IMG/VR virus record: IMGVR_UViG_3300047316_000726 | Span: 6,949 to 70,948 of that record | Length of the DNA: 64,000 nucleotides | Strand: one strand, 5' to 3' | Origin: a virus | Part shown: positions 45,594-54,176 of the stretch, piece by piece | Layout: every line of letters begins with the position of its first letter | Numbering within the stretch: position 1 is the stretch's first letter | Program-made: the position numbers and the translations under genes | Notes under the pieces: generated by a model | What the model saw: only the letters and a program-made list of their open reading frames with translations | The model's database searches: none | Told to the model about the DNA's origin: nothing

Positions 45594-45681
45594 TTTCCTA
45601 GGTGCCCCAACCGGTCCGCCCCGATCGGGCCGGTGGTCAAGTCCGTCCGGTTCGGACGGTCCCCCAGCGTGCGGTGCTGAT

Positions 45682-46046
45682 CTACGCGGTGCCGACGTCG
45701 CTTTCCTCGGCGTCCATGACGATCGGGTCGTCCAGGGTGGCCGCCACGATGGTGACCACCTCGACATGCCCCCCCGAGCCTGTTCCTCGGTCGAGTACCG
45801 GTGGCAGTCCAGGTCCATGCTGCTGCCCTCGGCGAACACCATCGTCTCGAAGATCATCGGGATGCCGTCGCAGTGGCTGTGGTCCAGGCCGAGCCAGACG
45901 GTCGAGATGTCGAAGCTCTTGGTCGGGTCAGCTGCGCTGATCACTTTGGATCGAGCGACCCGCTTGTAGGTCATGTCTCGCAGGAGCCGCTCGACCTCTT
46001 GCATGTCGTTGATGGGGATGCCTGAGCGGTCGAACCAGAGGTCCAT
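45682..46046 (-). pseudogene. Phage hypothetical gene frameshifted at a G7 tract
   Basis: STVWLGLDH...IFETMVF...RYSTEEQARGG; one extra G restores HVEVVTIVAA...TAG and a 121-aa ORF. Confidence 0.6.
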
Positions 46047-46136
46047 CGGCGCTGCCCTCTCGTGTCGATCTTGGTGGGGTGGTCCCCCGGTGTATCGGGT
46101 CCTAGGGGCCCGAACACGGTGCAACGGGTCGGACGA

Positions 46137-46535
46137 TCAGTTCCCGTCGATCAGGTCGGCGAAGGCGCGCAGGGCAAGCGCCAGCCAGCGGCGCCCGTCC
46201 GGGAGCTGGTCCACGTTGCCGCCCTTCAGCAGCAGCAACCGGAACAGGGTGTCCGCTTGGGTTGAGTCGCCGTCAAGGTCGCGCTCTGCGGCGGCTGGCA
46301 GCAGCGCTTCGCGGAACTGGTCCACCGTGACGCCGAGGATGGTCGGGAGCAACCACTCCCGGTCGATGGCGTTGAGGGCTGCGATCACGGCAGGGGTGAC
46401 GGCCTCCTCATACATGCTCCTGGTGATCTCGGGTGCGCGGAAGCCGCCGTCGGTCCTGGCCTTCACCAGGAGGTCGACGTCGAGTTCGCGGATGGCCTCC
46501 GTGACGGCCTCGTAAGGAAGTGCGATTCGGGACAT
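46137..46535 (-). CDS. Hypothetical protein
   Basis: GAGAGGA RBS, helical composition. Confidence 0.65.
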   Translation of the reverse strand: MSRIALPYEAVTEAIRELDVDLLVKARTDGGFRAPEITRSMYEEAVTPAVIAALNAIDREWLLPTILGVTVDQFREALLPAAAERDLDGDSTQADTLFRLLLLKGGNVDQLPDGRRWLALALRAFADLIDGN

Positions 46536-46574
46536 GGGTTTTCCTCTCGTGTCGGTCGTGCCTGTGCAGGGCGG

Positions 46575-46817
46575 TCAGAACGGTGGTTCGTCGCTGGCAC
46601 CAGAGCGTCGCCGGCGCAGGCCCTGCGTCCACTCTTGGACGCAGGACCGGATGCGCCAGCGGAGGATGTCGAGCCGGGTCGGCTCGCAGCAGCGGCCGCC
46701 GAAGTCGTTGCAGACGTAGCAGTCCGGCTCCTCCTTCACCCACACCGGGTCGTCGTCGAACCAGTCGTCGCGCTCGGGTTCGTCGTCGAACTCGTCCTGG
46801 AGGTCCTCGACTGACAC
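46575..46817 (-). CDS. Acidic small protein with CYVC motif
   Basis: GAAGGAGG RBS. Confidence 0.6.
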   Translation of the reverse strand: MSVEDLQDEFDDEPERDDWFDDDPVWVKEEPDCYVCNDFGGRCCEPTRLDILRWRIRSCVQEWTQGLRRRRSGASDEPPF

Positions 46818-46831
46818 GCGTGCCTCCTTCG

Positions 46832-47113
46832 TCAGTGCCCGGCCTTGGGTCGGTAGTAGGTGCCGGGCGGGAACTCCAGCGACAGGCCGAACTTGGTCTT
46901 GTCCTCCTGGAGCCCTTCTCCCTTGCCCCAGTCGACCTGGCCGAATCCCGCGTCGAACACGACTTGGTCGCCGCAGATGTCCTTGCCGCCGGGCTCCTCA
47001 GCGACCCAGCAGACAACCGGCAGATCATCTGAGACACCATCCAGGGCGGCGCGGAGCTGGCCGACGGTCCAGGCGTCGACCTTGTGCTCGAACTTCTCTT
47101 CGTCTTGGTTCAT
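46832..47113 (-). CDS. DUF6225-like protein
   Basis: FEH...WTVGQLRAAL....DDLPV...AEEPG pattern. Confidence 0.6.
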   Translation of the reverse strand: MNQDEEKFEHKVDAWTVGQLRAALDGVSDDLPVVCWVAEEPGGKDICGDQVVFDAGFGQVDWGKGEGLQEDKTKFGLSLEFPPGTYYRPKAGH

Positions 47114-47529
47114 CGGCTGGGCCTCCTGTTCGAGTCGACCAGTTCGGCCGGGAGCAGGTTGTGGTCGGCCAGCCAGCGCTTGGTGACAGCTGTCTGGCGG
47201 CGTGCCGCGTCGACAGTGCCGGGGTCGAGGAGTGCGAGGGCGGCCGGGGTGTTCACGCCCCTGAGGAGGTCGAAGGTTGCGCGGTGAGCGAAGGAATGCG
47301 CGTCGAGCGCTGTCGTCTCGTCGATGGTGCCGTTGTCGATCCACGCCGCGCGCCTGCCCGCGGCATCGGCGACCGCTTGTTCGAGGCGGTGGACCTCGGC
47401 GCGGGCCGCTTCGAGTTCGGCGCAGCGCCTGTCCATGGTCGCGGTGAACGCCTCGGTGATGGTCTGCGTGGCCAACTCGACGTCCTCCGCGCTCTGCGGC
47501 GGCTGGACAGTCGTCTTCGCTCGTGCCAT
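47110..47529 (-). CDS. Hypothetical coiled-coil protein
   Basis: Operon packing. Confidence 0.6.
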   Translation of the reverse strand: MARAKTTVQPPQSAEDVELATQTITEAFTATMDRRCAELEAARAEVHRLEQAVADAAGRRAAWIDNGTIDETTALDAHSFAHRATFDLLRGVNTPAALALLDPGTVDAARRQTAVTKRWLADHNLLPAELVDSNRRPSR

Positions 47530-47534
47530 GACGG

Positions 47535-48050
47535 TCACTCCCCTGTGGTGTTGTTGACGGCCTCAGCCATCAGGACTGGAGCGGCAGTGACACGGGCGAA
47601 CTCCTGCTGGCATGCGGGCACCCGGCACCATGACGCAGATGGCACCCCGGACGCGGCCCGCTGCATCGTCCACCGCATCGTCGTGTGACACGCCAACTTG
47701 CCGTCGCCGCGGAGTGCATGCCAGCGGGCGTTGCGGTCGTACAGCACACCCTCAGCGGCGGTGGGGAGTGGCCCAGCAGGCTCCTCGACAACCTCAGGTT
47801 GGGTAGCCTTGGCGCGGGTACGGGCGTTGCGGCGCTTCAACGCACGACGCTCGTCCTCGCTCGTATTGCCCCACACCCCGGCGTCCTGGCCGAACTCCAA
47901 CGCGTACTCCAGGCAGGCCGACACCACCGGGCAACGGCGGCACACCGACTTAGCCTCAACGATCTGTAGCAACGCCGGACCACCGTTCCCCATGGGGTAG
48001 AACAGCTCGGGGTCCTCGTCCCGGCACGAAGCCCGGTGTCTCCAATCCAT
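47535..48050 (-). CDS. whiB: WhiB-family (WhiB1-like) regulator with C-terminal extension
   Basis: DWRHRASCRDEDPELFYP...CRRCPV...CLEYAL...GVWG.TSEDERRAL. Confidence 0.9.
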   Translation of the reverse strand: MDWRHRASCRDEDPELFYPMGNGGPALLQIVEAKSVCRRCPVVSACLEYALEFGQDAGVWGNTSEDERRALKRRNARTRAKATQPEVVEEPAGPLPTAAEGVLYDRNARWHALRGDGKLACHTTMRWTMQRAASGVPSASWCRVPACQQEFARVTAAPVLMAEAVNNTTGE

Positions 48051-48466
48051 CACTTCACCTCGGTGATGGCGTCGACGGCCTCGTACACGTCCTCCGGCTT
48101 GTCCTGCGCGTAGTCCTTGAGCTTCTCCTCCTGCGCCTTCGCCTTGAATTCCTCGACCACAGGCAGCAGCACCTCGACCAGGCGCTCCGCGAACACGGGG
48201 TCGGTGTGCGGCACCGGGTACTTGACGAGCTGCCAGCCCTTGTCGAAGCCGAACTTGCCGTTCCAGCACAGGTTGATGCCCTCACGCAGTGCGATCGCCT
48301 CGACGGAGTAGGCGGCTGGTTGCGCGGCCATCATGCCCATCAGGTCGGTAGGTATCGGCGCGGAGAGGGCACCGATCGCGGTCAGGGAAACGCCGGCGTT
48401 GGCGAGGATCGTCGCCGCGGCCTCGTAGCCAGCGAGGATCTCTGGGTAGATGGCCATGGTGGTCAC
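48050..48466 (-). CDS. Hypothetical protein
   Basis: TGATG coupling to whiB. Confidence 0.6.
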   Translation of the reverse strand: MTTMAIYPEILAGYEAAATILANAGVSLTAIGALSAPIPTDLMGMMAAQPAAYSVEAIALREGINLCWNGKFGFDKGWQLVKYPVPHTDPVFAERLVEVLLPVVEEFKAKAQEEKLKDYAQDKPEDVYEAVDAITEVK

Positions 48467-49053
48467 ACTCCAGTCGTTGTGGTGGCGGATAGGTCAAGGC
48501 TGGTTTGGACGATGTAGTTGAGCCGGACAGCCAGCGAGGTCCGATGGCTTCGATCAGCGCGGTGCATCAACGCCGACAGGTCGTGTGCGACACCGATGAG
48601 CGGGTCCGTGCGGGGACGGCGCAGGACGACCAGGCTCCGTTGCGCAGGGACAGTGGGGAACTTGAATGCGGGCCCGGTCAAGTGGCGTGGTGTGACACCC
48701 TCGGGGCCGACCAGGCGGTGAAGCCATACCTCCACAGCCGCGTTGTCGGTGATGACCGTAATAGGGCGTGTGGAGGACAGAGCCCGGATCGCCAGCAGCG
48801 GAGCCAGCAACTCGGCCAACGTCGAACCCGCGTCGTGGGCGTCGGGCCGGGTGGGCAGCACCCGCCGCCACGCCTGCCAACGGCCGTCGCGGGTGACCGC
48901 GGCGCCAGTGATGACGCGCAGGCCCTTGGTGTCGGTGATCAGGCTGCCGTCGGTGGCGACGGTGATGGTGCGGGGCCCCTTGGTTTTGAGCAGGGTGGGG
49001 TCGCTGTGGATGGTGAACGACGAGTCCTTGTAGTCACGGCGACGCCTGCTCAC
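48463..49053 (-). CDS. RNase H-like protein
   Basis: ATDGS (D), STLAELLA (E), VITDN (D) triad. Confidence 0.6.
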   Translation of the reverse strand: MSRRRRDYKDSSFTIHSDPTLLKTKGPRTITVATDGSLITDTKGLRVITGAAVTRDGRWQAWRRVLPTRPDAHDAGSTLAELLAPLLAIRALSSTRPITVITDNAAVEVWLHRLVGPEGVTPRHLTGPAFKFPTVPAQRSLVVLRRPRTDPLIGVAHDLSALMHRADRSHRTSLAVRLNYIVQTSLDLSATTTTGV

Positions 49054-49427
49054 CGGGACTCCTTGGCCTTGCTCTCCTCGCGGATGGCGTCGTGCCGCTG
49101 CCACAAGGCGACCAGTGCGGGATGGTCAGCGTTCCACTGGTCGACACCCTGCTGGTACCTCTTGGCGATCTCCTCCTCGGAGACGTTCCCGTTGCAGCGG
49201 TCGATAAACCGGTCCACGCTGCGCTGGACGTACAGGTGGCGGGCGTTGGAAATGTCGAGTACCTCGGCGCACATCTGCTCCTGGCGCTCCGCCTCCCACA
49301 GGCGGCGCAGGATCGGCAGGGATCGCACGAGCATCTCGTGGGCATCGGCGAACGGGATCTGCCCCGTATGGAAAGTCATGGCAGCCGCCACAGCATCGTT
49401 GGGGACCTTGACGATGACCTGGTCCAT
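49050..49427 (-). CDS. Hypothetical protein
   Basis: GGAGGAG RBS. Confidence 0.6.
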   Translation of the reverse strand: MDQVIVKVPNDAVAAAMTFHTGQIPFADAHEMLVRSLPILRRLWEAERQEQMCAEVLDISNARHLYVQRSVDRFIDRCNGNVSEEEIAKRYQQGVDQWNADHPALVALWQRHDAIREESKAKESR

Positions 49428-49741
49428 CACAACTCCTCCGGTTTGTTGTTGACCCTGCACAGTGCCCGGCAGCGCAGGCAGACCTCGCCGGTCTCGACTA
49501 CGTCCGGTGGGCACGTACAGGGCTGGGAATGGACGAACTCCGCGACCCGCCGGAGCTGGTCGACGATCAGCGACCCGAACGCGGCGTCACCGTCCCGGCA
49601 GCCGAACCAGTGCATCACCGCGCCCGCGATATCGGACGCTTCCCCGACGAGGACCTCGTGGTCCTGGCCCTCATAGTCATCCCGGACCATCTTGACGGAG
49701 CCACTGAGGGCACGGAGGTCGTCACGGTCGCCGACGCTCAT
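49427..49741 (-). CDS. Hypothetical protein
   Basis: Overlap coupling. Confidence 0.55.
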   Translation of the reverse strand: MSVGDRDDLRALSGSVKMVRDDYEGQDHEVLVGEASDIAGAVMHWFGCRDGDAAFGSLIVDQLRRVAEFVHSQPCTCPPDVVETGEVCLRCRALCRVNNKPEEL

Positions 49742-50037
49742 TAGGACACATCCGCGTCACAGGTGCAGTGCTCGGTACCAGCGAACGGGCATCCCTCAGC
49801 CGCGTCACCATTCAGTCCGGCCACCATGCACAGGTCCATCCCCGTCGGGTAGTTGCCGAAGTCGGCAAGGTACTGGCCGACCTGCTCCGCCTGATGAGGC
49901 GTCGTGATCGTGTGCAGCAGCCCCTCGACGGGTGGCTGGTGCGCGGACTTCTGTCCACGGATCGCTGCTGCCCCAGTAGCCCCGTACTTCTCTTCGGCCT
50001 CGGCGAGGCGCTGCGCGACGAGTTCCTGCTTGTTCAT
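49741..50037 (-). CDS. Hypothetical protein
   Basis: Overlap coupling. Confidence 0.55.
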   Translation of the reverse strand: MNKQELVAQRLAEAEEKYGATGAAAIRGQKSAHQPPVEGLLHTITTPHQAEQVGQYLADFGNYPTGMDLCMVAGLNGDAAEGCPFAGTEHCTCDADVS

Positions 50038-50195
50038 AGGGACTCACCCCGCAACTCGGATACGGCAGCCAGCTGAGTCGCGAGATCCGCATCCCCGAGC
50101 CCGAGAAGCCGGACGATCCGCACGTTGCGGTCCCACTCGCTCCAACCCAGGAGCGCCAGGGACGCATCGACTTCGAGGACGTTCGGGGCGCTCAC
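50034..50195 (-). CDS. 53-aa hypothetical protein (absent from the ORF track)
   Basis: VSAPNVLEVDASLALLGWSEWDRNVRIVRLLGL...; coupled at both ends. Confidence 0.5.
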   Translation of the reverse strand: MSAPNVLEVDASLALLGWSEWDRNVRIVRLLGLGDADLATQLAAVSELRGESL

Positions 50196-50716
50196 GACGC
50201 GTCACCCCGCAACGACCGAACCTCGGCCAGCATGCGCTCCCTGATTGCGGTCCCTGCAATGCCGTCCGTGACGATCCCCGCCTCCACACAGCGGGCGATC
50301 TCCCGGTCGGTGAACACCTCGGTCGGGTACTGGTCGGCGATGCTCTGAAGGTGATCGGCGACTAGCGTGGCGACGGCGCGCTGGTGGTCTGGGCTGGCGG
50401 TGAGGGTCTTGCGGGCGGCGCGCATGTACGCGGTGTGCCAGTACTGCGTCCGCCCTTTCCAGGTCATCTTGGAGTCGTCGCCGTGCTCAACCTCGAACAG
50501 TCGCTGCGCCTCGGCCTCAACGTCGGCGAGTGACGGCTCGGGCTGCTCGGTCGGCTCGGTAAGCGTCTGCCACCGAGCGAGCAGCTTGCTGACCTCGGAC
50601 CGGATCTTGCCGTTGGACCAGTTGTTGTCGCGTGCCTCGATCGCGATGCCGGTCATGACCGGTAGGAGGTCATCGGCAACGGTGACCTCCTGGCTGAGTC
50701 TGGACGTGGATCCCAC
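50192..50716 (-). CDS. Hypothetical protein
   Basis: Operon packing; start uncertain. Confidence 0.55.
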   Translation of the reverse strand: MGSTSRLSQEVTVADDLLPVMTGIAIEARDNNWSNGKIRSEVSKLLARWQTLTEPTEQPEPSLADVEAEAQRLFEVEHGDDSKMTWKGRTQYWHTAYMRAARKTLTASPDHQRAVATLVADHLQSIADQYPTEVFTDREIARCVEAGIVTDGIAGTAIRERMLAEVRSLRGDAS

Positions 50717-50749
50717 GGGACCCTCCCTGCTGGGGTTCGGAGGTGGTGG

Positions 50750-50974
50750 TCAGGACAGGCTGTGGGCAACGACGAGGGCCAGGGACAACACCGCCACGAC
50801 GGTGACCGCGGCCAGGATCAACGGCCAGCGGCGGCCTGCGGGTGCGGCGGCTGCCAGGACACGGAGTGCCTGCTCGACATCGGAGTCCACGTCGGCGTCG
50901 GCCGGGCTGGACGCGAGGGCGGCCTTGACCCTCACAGGCAACGGATCCTCGGTCTGGTCGTTGCTGGCGGTCAT
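50750..50974 (-). CDS. Small C-terminal TM protein
   Basis: Hydrophobic C-terminal helix. Confidence 0.55.
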   Translation of the reverse strand: MTASNDQTEDPLPVRVKAALASSPADADVDSDVEQALRVLAAAAPAGRRWPLILAAVTVVAVLSLALVVAHSLS

Positions 50975-51053
50975 TGGGTCGCTCCCTGGCTGGCTGAAGT
51001 AAGCGGAGGGGGTGGCCGTTCCGGGCGGAGAGCCGAAACGGCCACCAGGCGGG

Positions 51054-51614
51054 TCAGTAGCTGGCCTTGGCGACAGCGAGGTCGGCCAACTCGGCGGCGT
51101 AGTCCCGGCGCCCCTGGGCGCACGTGCCATCGCAGTACTCGGTGTCGCCGTTGAGACTCGGGTGCCCTGAGCAGAAGTCGGCCAAGTTGAGCTCCGCACG
51201 CGCCGCGCATTCGGCCTTATCCGCCTCGTCGTGAGCCAGCTCGACCGCCTTGGCCATGATCTCCGCCTCGGTAACGTCGATCCGGCCGGTACCCACGGTC
51301 AGCGCTCTCTCGGCCGCCACGTGGGCGATGAAGCGGGTACGCATGGCGTTGTTCGTCTCGCTCGCCTCGGCGTGCGCGAGATCCAGGCATGCCTGCCGGT
51401 CGTTCAAGTCGCGGCACCAGCGAGTCGCCTGCTCGGAATCGCGCGTGTCCAAGAAACCGCCGAGGCCGTCGACACCCCAGTTGCGCCACACGATGCGGCC
51501 CTGCGCGGTGGTGCGGGTGGTGTCGATGACGGCGTACTTGGTGCCGCCGCCGTCGCACGTCGGTGCGCTGTACGACTCGACTGCGTAGCGGTCGGCGGTG
51601 TCGGTGGTGGTCAT
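51054..51614 (-). CDS. Hypothetical protein
   Basis: GAGGGAG RBS. Confidence 0.6.
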   Translation of the reverse strand: MTTTDTADRYAVESYSAPTCDGGGTKYAVIDTTRTTAQGRIVWRNWGVDGLGGFLDTRDSEQATRWCRDLNDRQACLDLAHAEASETNNAMRTRFIAHVAAERALTVGTGRIDVTEAEIMAKAVELAHDEADKAECAARAELNLADFCSGHPSLNGDTEYCDGTCAQGRRDYAAELADLAVAKASY

Positions 51615-51717
51615 CTCGACTCCCTCGGTTGGCTGGCGGGTCTGGGTTGGTGTCCTGGTCTCGTCATGAGCGAGACGGCCCCGGCGGCCGGGGACAGGAC
51701 TGGGGTTGTTGAGCGCC

Positions 51718-52032
51718 TCACGCGTAGTACCTGCGCTGTACCCACCGGGGCTGGGTGTCCACAGCGGCCCGGATGATCTCGGCAGGGGCGAGGCCCTGCT
51801 CGCGGAGTGCGCTCACCTTGAACGTGTCGAAGATCAGTTCGCGGCCAGCAGGGTCGATGAACGTCTTGCAGGGGTGTGCGTCGGCACTCCGGTTGCCCAT
51901 GCCGATCAGGATCTCTTCCTGACGGTCGTGGGCGATCCACACGTTCGCGAGGACGTCGTGTTCGACAGCGATTTGCAGGGCGAGGATGGCGGTGGAGAGG
52001 ACCTCGGCGGCGGGGCGGAGGGTGGCGATCAT
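51718..52032 (-). CDS. Hypothetical protein
   Basis: AAGGAG RBS. Confidence 0.65.
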   Translation of the reverse strand: MIATLRPAAEVLSTAILALQIAVEHDVLANVWIAHDRQEEILIGMGNRSADAHPCKTFIDPAGRELIFDTFKVSALREQGLAPAEIIRAAVDTQPRWVQRRYYA

Positions 52033-52053
52033 GTCGGGCTCCTTGCTGGTCGA

Positions 52054-52106
52054 TAGTGGCTTGCCACTAAAGAATGGCACACCGGTCGACAAGTGGCAAG
52101 CCACTA
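52054..52106. promoter_or_regulatory. Paired quasi-palindromic operators in a divergent promoter
   Basis: TAGTGGCTTGCCACT (52054-52068) and its exact reverse complement (52092-52106); - strand TTGCCA-17-CATTCT overlaps them. Confidence 0.7.
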
Positions 52107-52121
52107 CGCAATACTTTCTGC

Positions 52122-52598
52122 ATGAGCAACGAGCACGCCGACCCGCCCCTCACCGTGAGGCCCCCGCTACCAGTCCTCGAGGCAGCCAAGGACGCGCTCG
52201 AAAGCCGCGGCCTCGACATGCGCGGATTCGTTGTTGCATCCCTTGACGAACTCGCCGACGAAACCGACCAAGTGCTCGCCCGCCTCGCGCACCGCTGGCC
52301 GCCACCCAAACCCCGCGGCCAGCCCCGCCCACCGGCCGGCGTCATTTACGCATTCCGCACAGCCGACGACCCATCGACTTGGTACGGGCCGCTGGACGCC
52401 CTGCCAGCAGGCGAGTTCGAGACCGGAACCCTGGACTTCCAGCCGGTTGCACCGAACCGCTTCACAGGACAGTTGGAGGTGCGCTACGGGCCGGTCGACG
52501 ATGACGTACTGCCCAGCTTCTACGCGTTCACGACGGTGGACGGGAAGCGAGTCAGACCAACGACTGAGGTGCACGGGTTGCTGTTCGGCGCTGACTAG
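52122..52598 (+). CDS. Putative ribbon-helix-helix-type regulator with extra C-terminal domain
   Basis: PPLTVRPP..VLEAAK..L...G.DMRGFVVASL strand-helix-helix pattern; divergent, no RBS seen. Confidence 0.55.
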   Translation: MSNEHADPPLTVRPPLPVLEAAKDALESRGLDMRGFVVASLDELADETDQVLARLAHRWPPPKPRGQPRPPAGVIYAFRTADDPSTWYGPLDALPAGEFETGTLDFQPVAPNRFTGQLEVRYGPVDDDVLPSFYAFTTVDGKRVRPTTEVHGLLFGAD

Positions 52599-52618
52599 CC
52601 TCGGACTGACTGCGCCGA

Positions 52619-52882
52619 TCACTGGACGTCGCTCTGGATCGGTGGCCCCTCACGGTCATCGGCGCGCGGATGACCTCGGTCAGCCGGTGGCCAGCGGGCG
52701 TCGACCGCGAACAACAACGCCAAGTAGACGGTCATGTTGGTCCCGTGGATGTAGACGTCCGGACCGATGCCCTTGAGGAACGCCATCAGGAAGCCGACCG
52801 ACTCGCCGGTGAGGGCAACGCAGATCAAGGCCAGCCCGAAGCTCGCGAGCAGAGGTCGGCCGGACCGGCTGAGTAGCGCCAT
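52619..52882 (-). CDS. Small membrane protein
   Basis: Two hydrophobic segments. Confidence 0.55.
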   Translation of the reverse strand: MALLSRSGRPLLASFGLALICVALTGESVGFLMAFLKGIGPDVYIHGTNMTVYLALLFAVDARWPPADRGHPRADDREGPPIQSDVQ

Positions 52883-52931
52883 CAGTCCTCACTCTCGGGG
52901 GTAGTGACGGGAGTGAGCCGCAGTGCGCCGC

Positions 52932-53429
52932 TCACCACAGCGTCGCCTGGGTCATAGCTGTGCGTGCCGACGGCTTGAACTCCAACACCGGCGGCTTCAA
53001 CGGCATGTCCTTGGCCTTGGTGTGGAACCGCAGCGTCGTCCACGACGCGTCGATCGCCTGGCTGGCCGGGCGCACGAAGTACGCGACCGTCACCCCGGTC
53101 AGTTCGGCCAGGGCGCACAACTGCTTCCACGTCGGGTACAGGTCACCGGACTCCCACCGGTCGACGTCCGGCTCGCGTGCCCCGCAGGCTTCGTCCACGG
53201 CTGGCCCGTACAGGCCCTTCGCGTCCAGCGCGGTGGTGATGTAGTGCGGTACCACCAGTCCTGCCGCCCAGCGCCGCTGGGCCTCCTGCTCGCCGCGTAC
53301 ACGCCGGTACTGGGCGTTCTGCCGCTGCTGCGCCTCACGATGCTGCCGCCTGCGACCCTCCACCGTGGTAGCGGGCAGACGCTCGCCAGGGTGGCCCCAC
53401 CGGCGTCGTTCGGTCTCATCGTCAGGCAT
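52932..53429 (-). CDS. XRE-like HTH protein
   Basis: ACGAREPDVDRWESGDLYPTWKQLCALAELTG. Confidence 0.7.
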   Translation of the reverse strand: MPDDETERRRWGHPGERLPATTVEGRRRQHREAQQRQNAQYRRVRGEQEAQRRWAAGLVVPHYITTALDAKGLYGPAVDEACGAREPDVDRWESGDLYPTWKQLCALAELTGVTVAYFVRPASQAIDASWTTLRFHTKAKDMPLKPPVLEFKPSARTAMTQATLW

Positions 53430-53712
53430 CGCGGACTTTCCTCCTCAGCCGTCGCCAGCGGGCGAACCAGCCCTCCCTCCGCCAGCAACAGTCGCCCGGC
53501 ATGTTGACGTACAACGCTCCCCGCGACACCCACGTCCGACCGCACGTGCCGCACTCCCACACGGTTCCCACCGGAAACTCCGACGACCGGGGCGGGATGC
53601 CGTAGTGGGTGCCAGGGAACGCGCTGCCCTCCTCGACGGGCTTCCACTCCCAGCCCGGCGCGCACGAGTGGCCAGTCGGCGGCCGGTACACGACGCGGCT
53701 CACGTGGCCCAT
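53422..53712 (-). CDS. Zinc-ribbon hypothetical protein
   Basis: H.C...WECGTCGRTW. Confidence 0.55.
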   Translation of the reverse strand: MGHVSRVVYRPPTGHSCAPGWEWKPVEEGSAFPGTHYGIPPRSSEFPVGTVWECGTCGRTWVSRGALYVNMPGDCCWRREGWFARWRRLRRKVRDA

Positions 53713-54176
53713 CCTTCTTGCCAGCCGGGCACCTGGTGCTGGTACCGGGACGCCACGGCCTTCACGATCCGATCGCGCCGTGCATCCACACCGCAGTCAC
53801 AGGGACCTCCAGCCCTGTCGTTCAGGCAGCCCGACCCTGGTTCGGCGTTGTCCTCATGCGGGTCGATGGCCTGCGCACACGAGTACCAGCCGTCGTCATC
53901 GAGGTAGAGGTGACGCCAGGACGAGACCTCGTCGAGGATGGCCAGGTCTGCGTCGCAGCCGTCGAGTACCGCCTGCGGTTCGTTCAGGCCGATGTGGACG
54001 CGGGCGTCGACCTCGTACACGTAGTCGACTATCCGGTCCATCGGGTGCTGGCCGATGATGTCGCCGCCGTCGACCGTCCACACCGCACTGCCCGTGGCCT
54101 TCTGTGCGGCCTCCGCAGCCGCGCGAACCGTCGCGATGGCCGCGGTCGTCCACTCCACCAGGTCGGTGTCAGCCAT
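53700..54176 (-). CDS. DUF6221-like protein
   Basis: CDADLAIL...PCDC...VKAVASRY..VPGWQEGW pattern. Confidence 0.55.
   Translation of the reverse strand: MADTDLVEWTTAAIATVRAAAEAAQKATGSAVWTVDGGDIIGQHPMDRIVDYVYEVDARVHIGLNEPQAVLDGCDADLAILDEVSSWRHLYLDDDGWYSCAQAIDPHEDNAEPGSGCLNDRAGGPCDCGVDARRDRIVKAVASRYQHQVPGWQEGWAT

Noticed and set aside
44481-46124. 547-aa ORF as a single natural protein
   Set aside because: The middle part is non-protein-like and crosses a promoter and hairpins; better explained as a frameshifted gene plus the recombinase with its own RBS.
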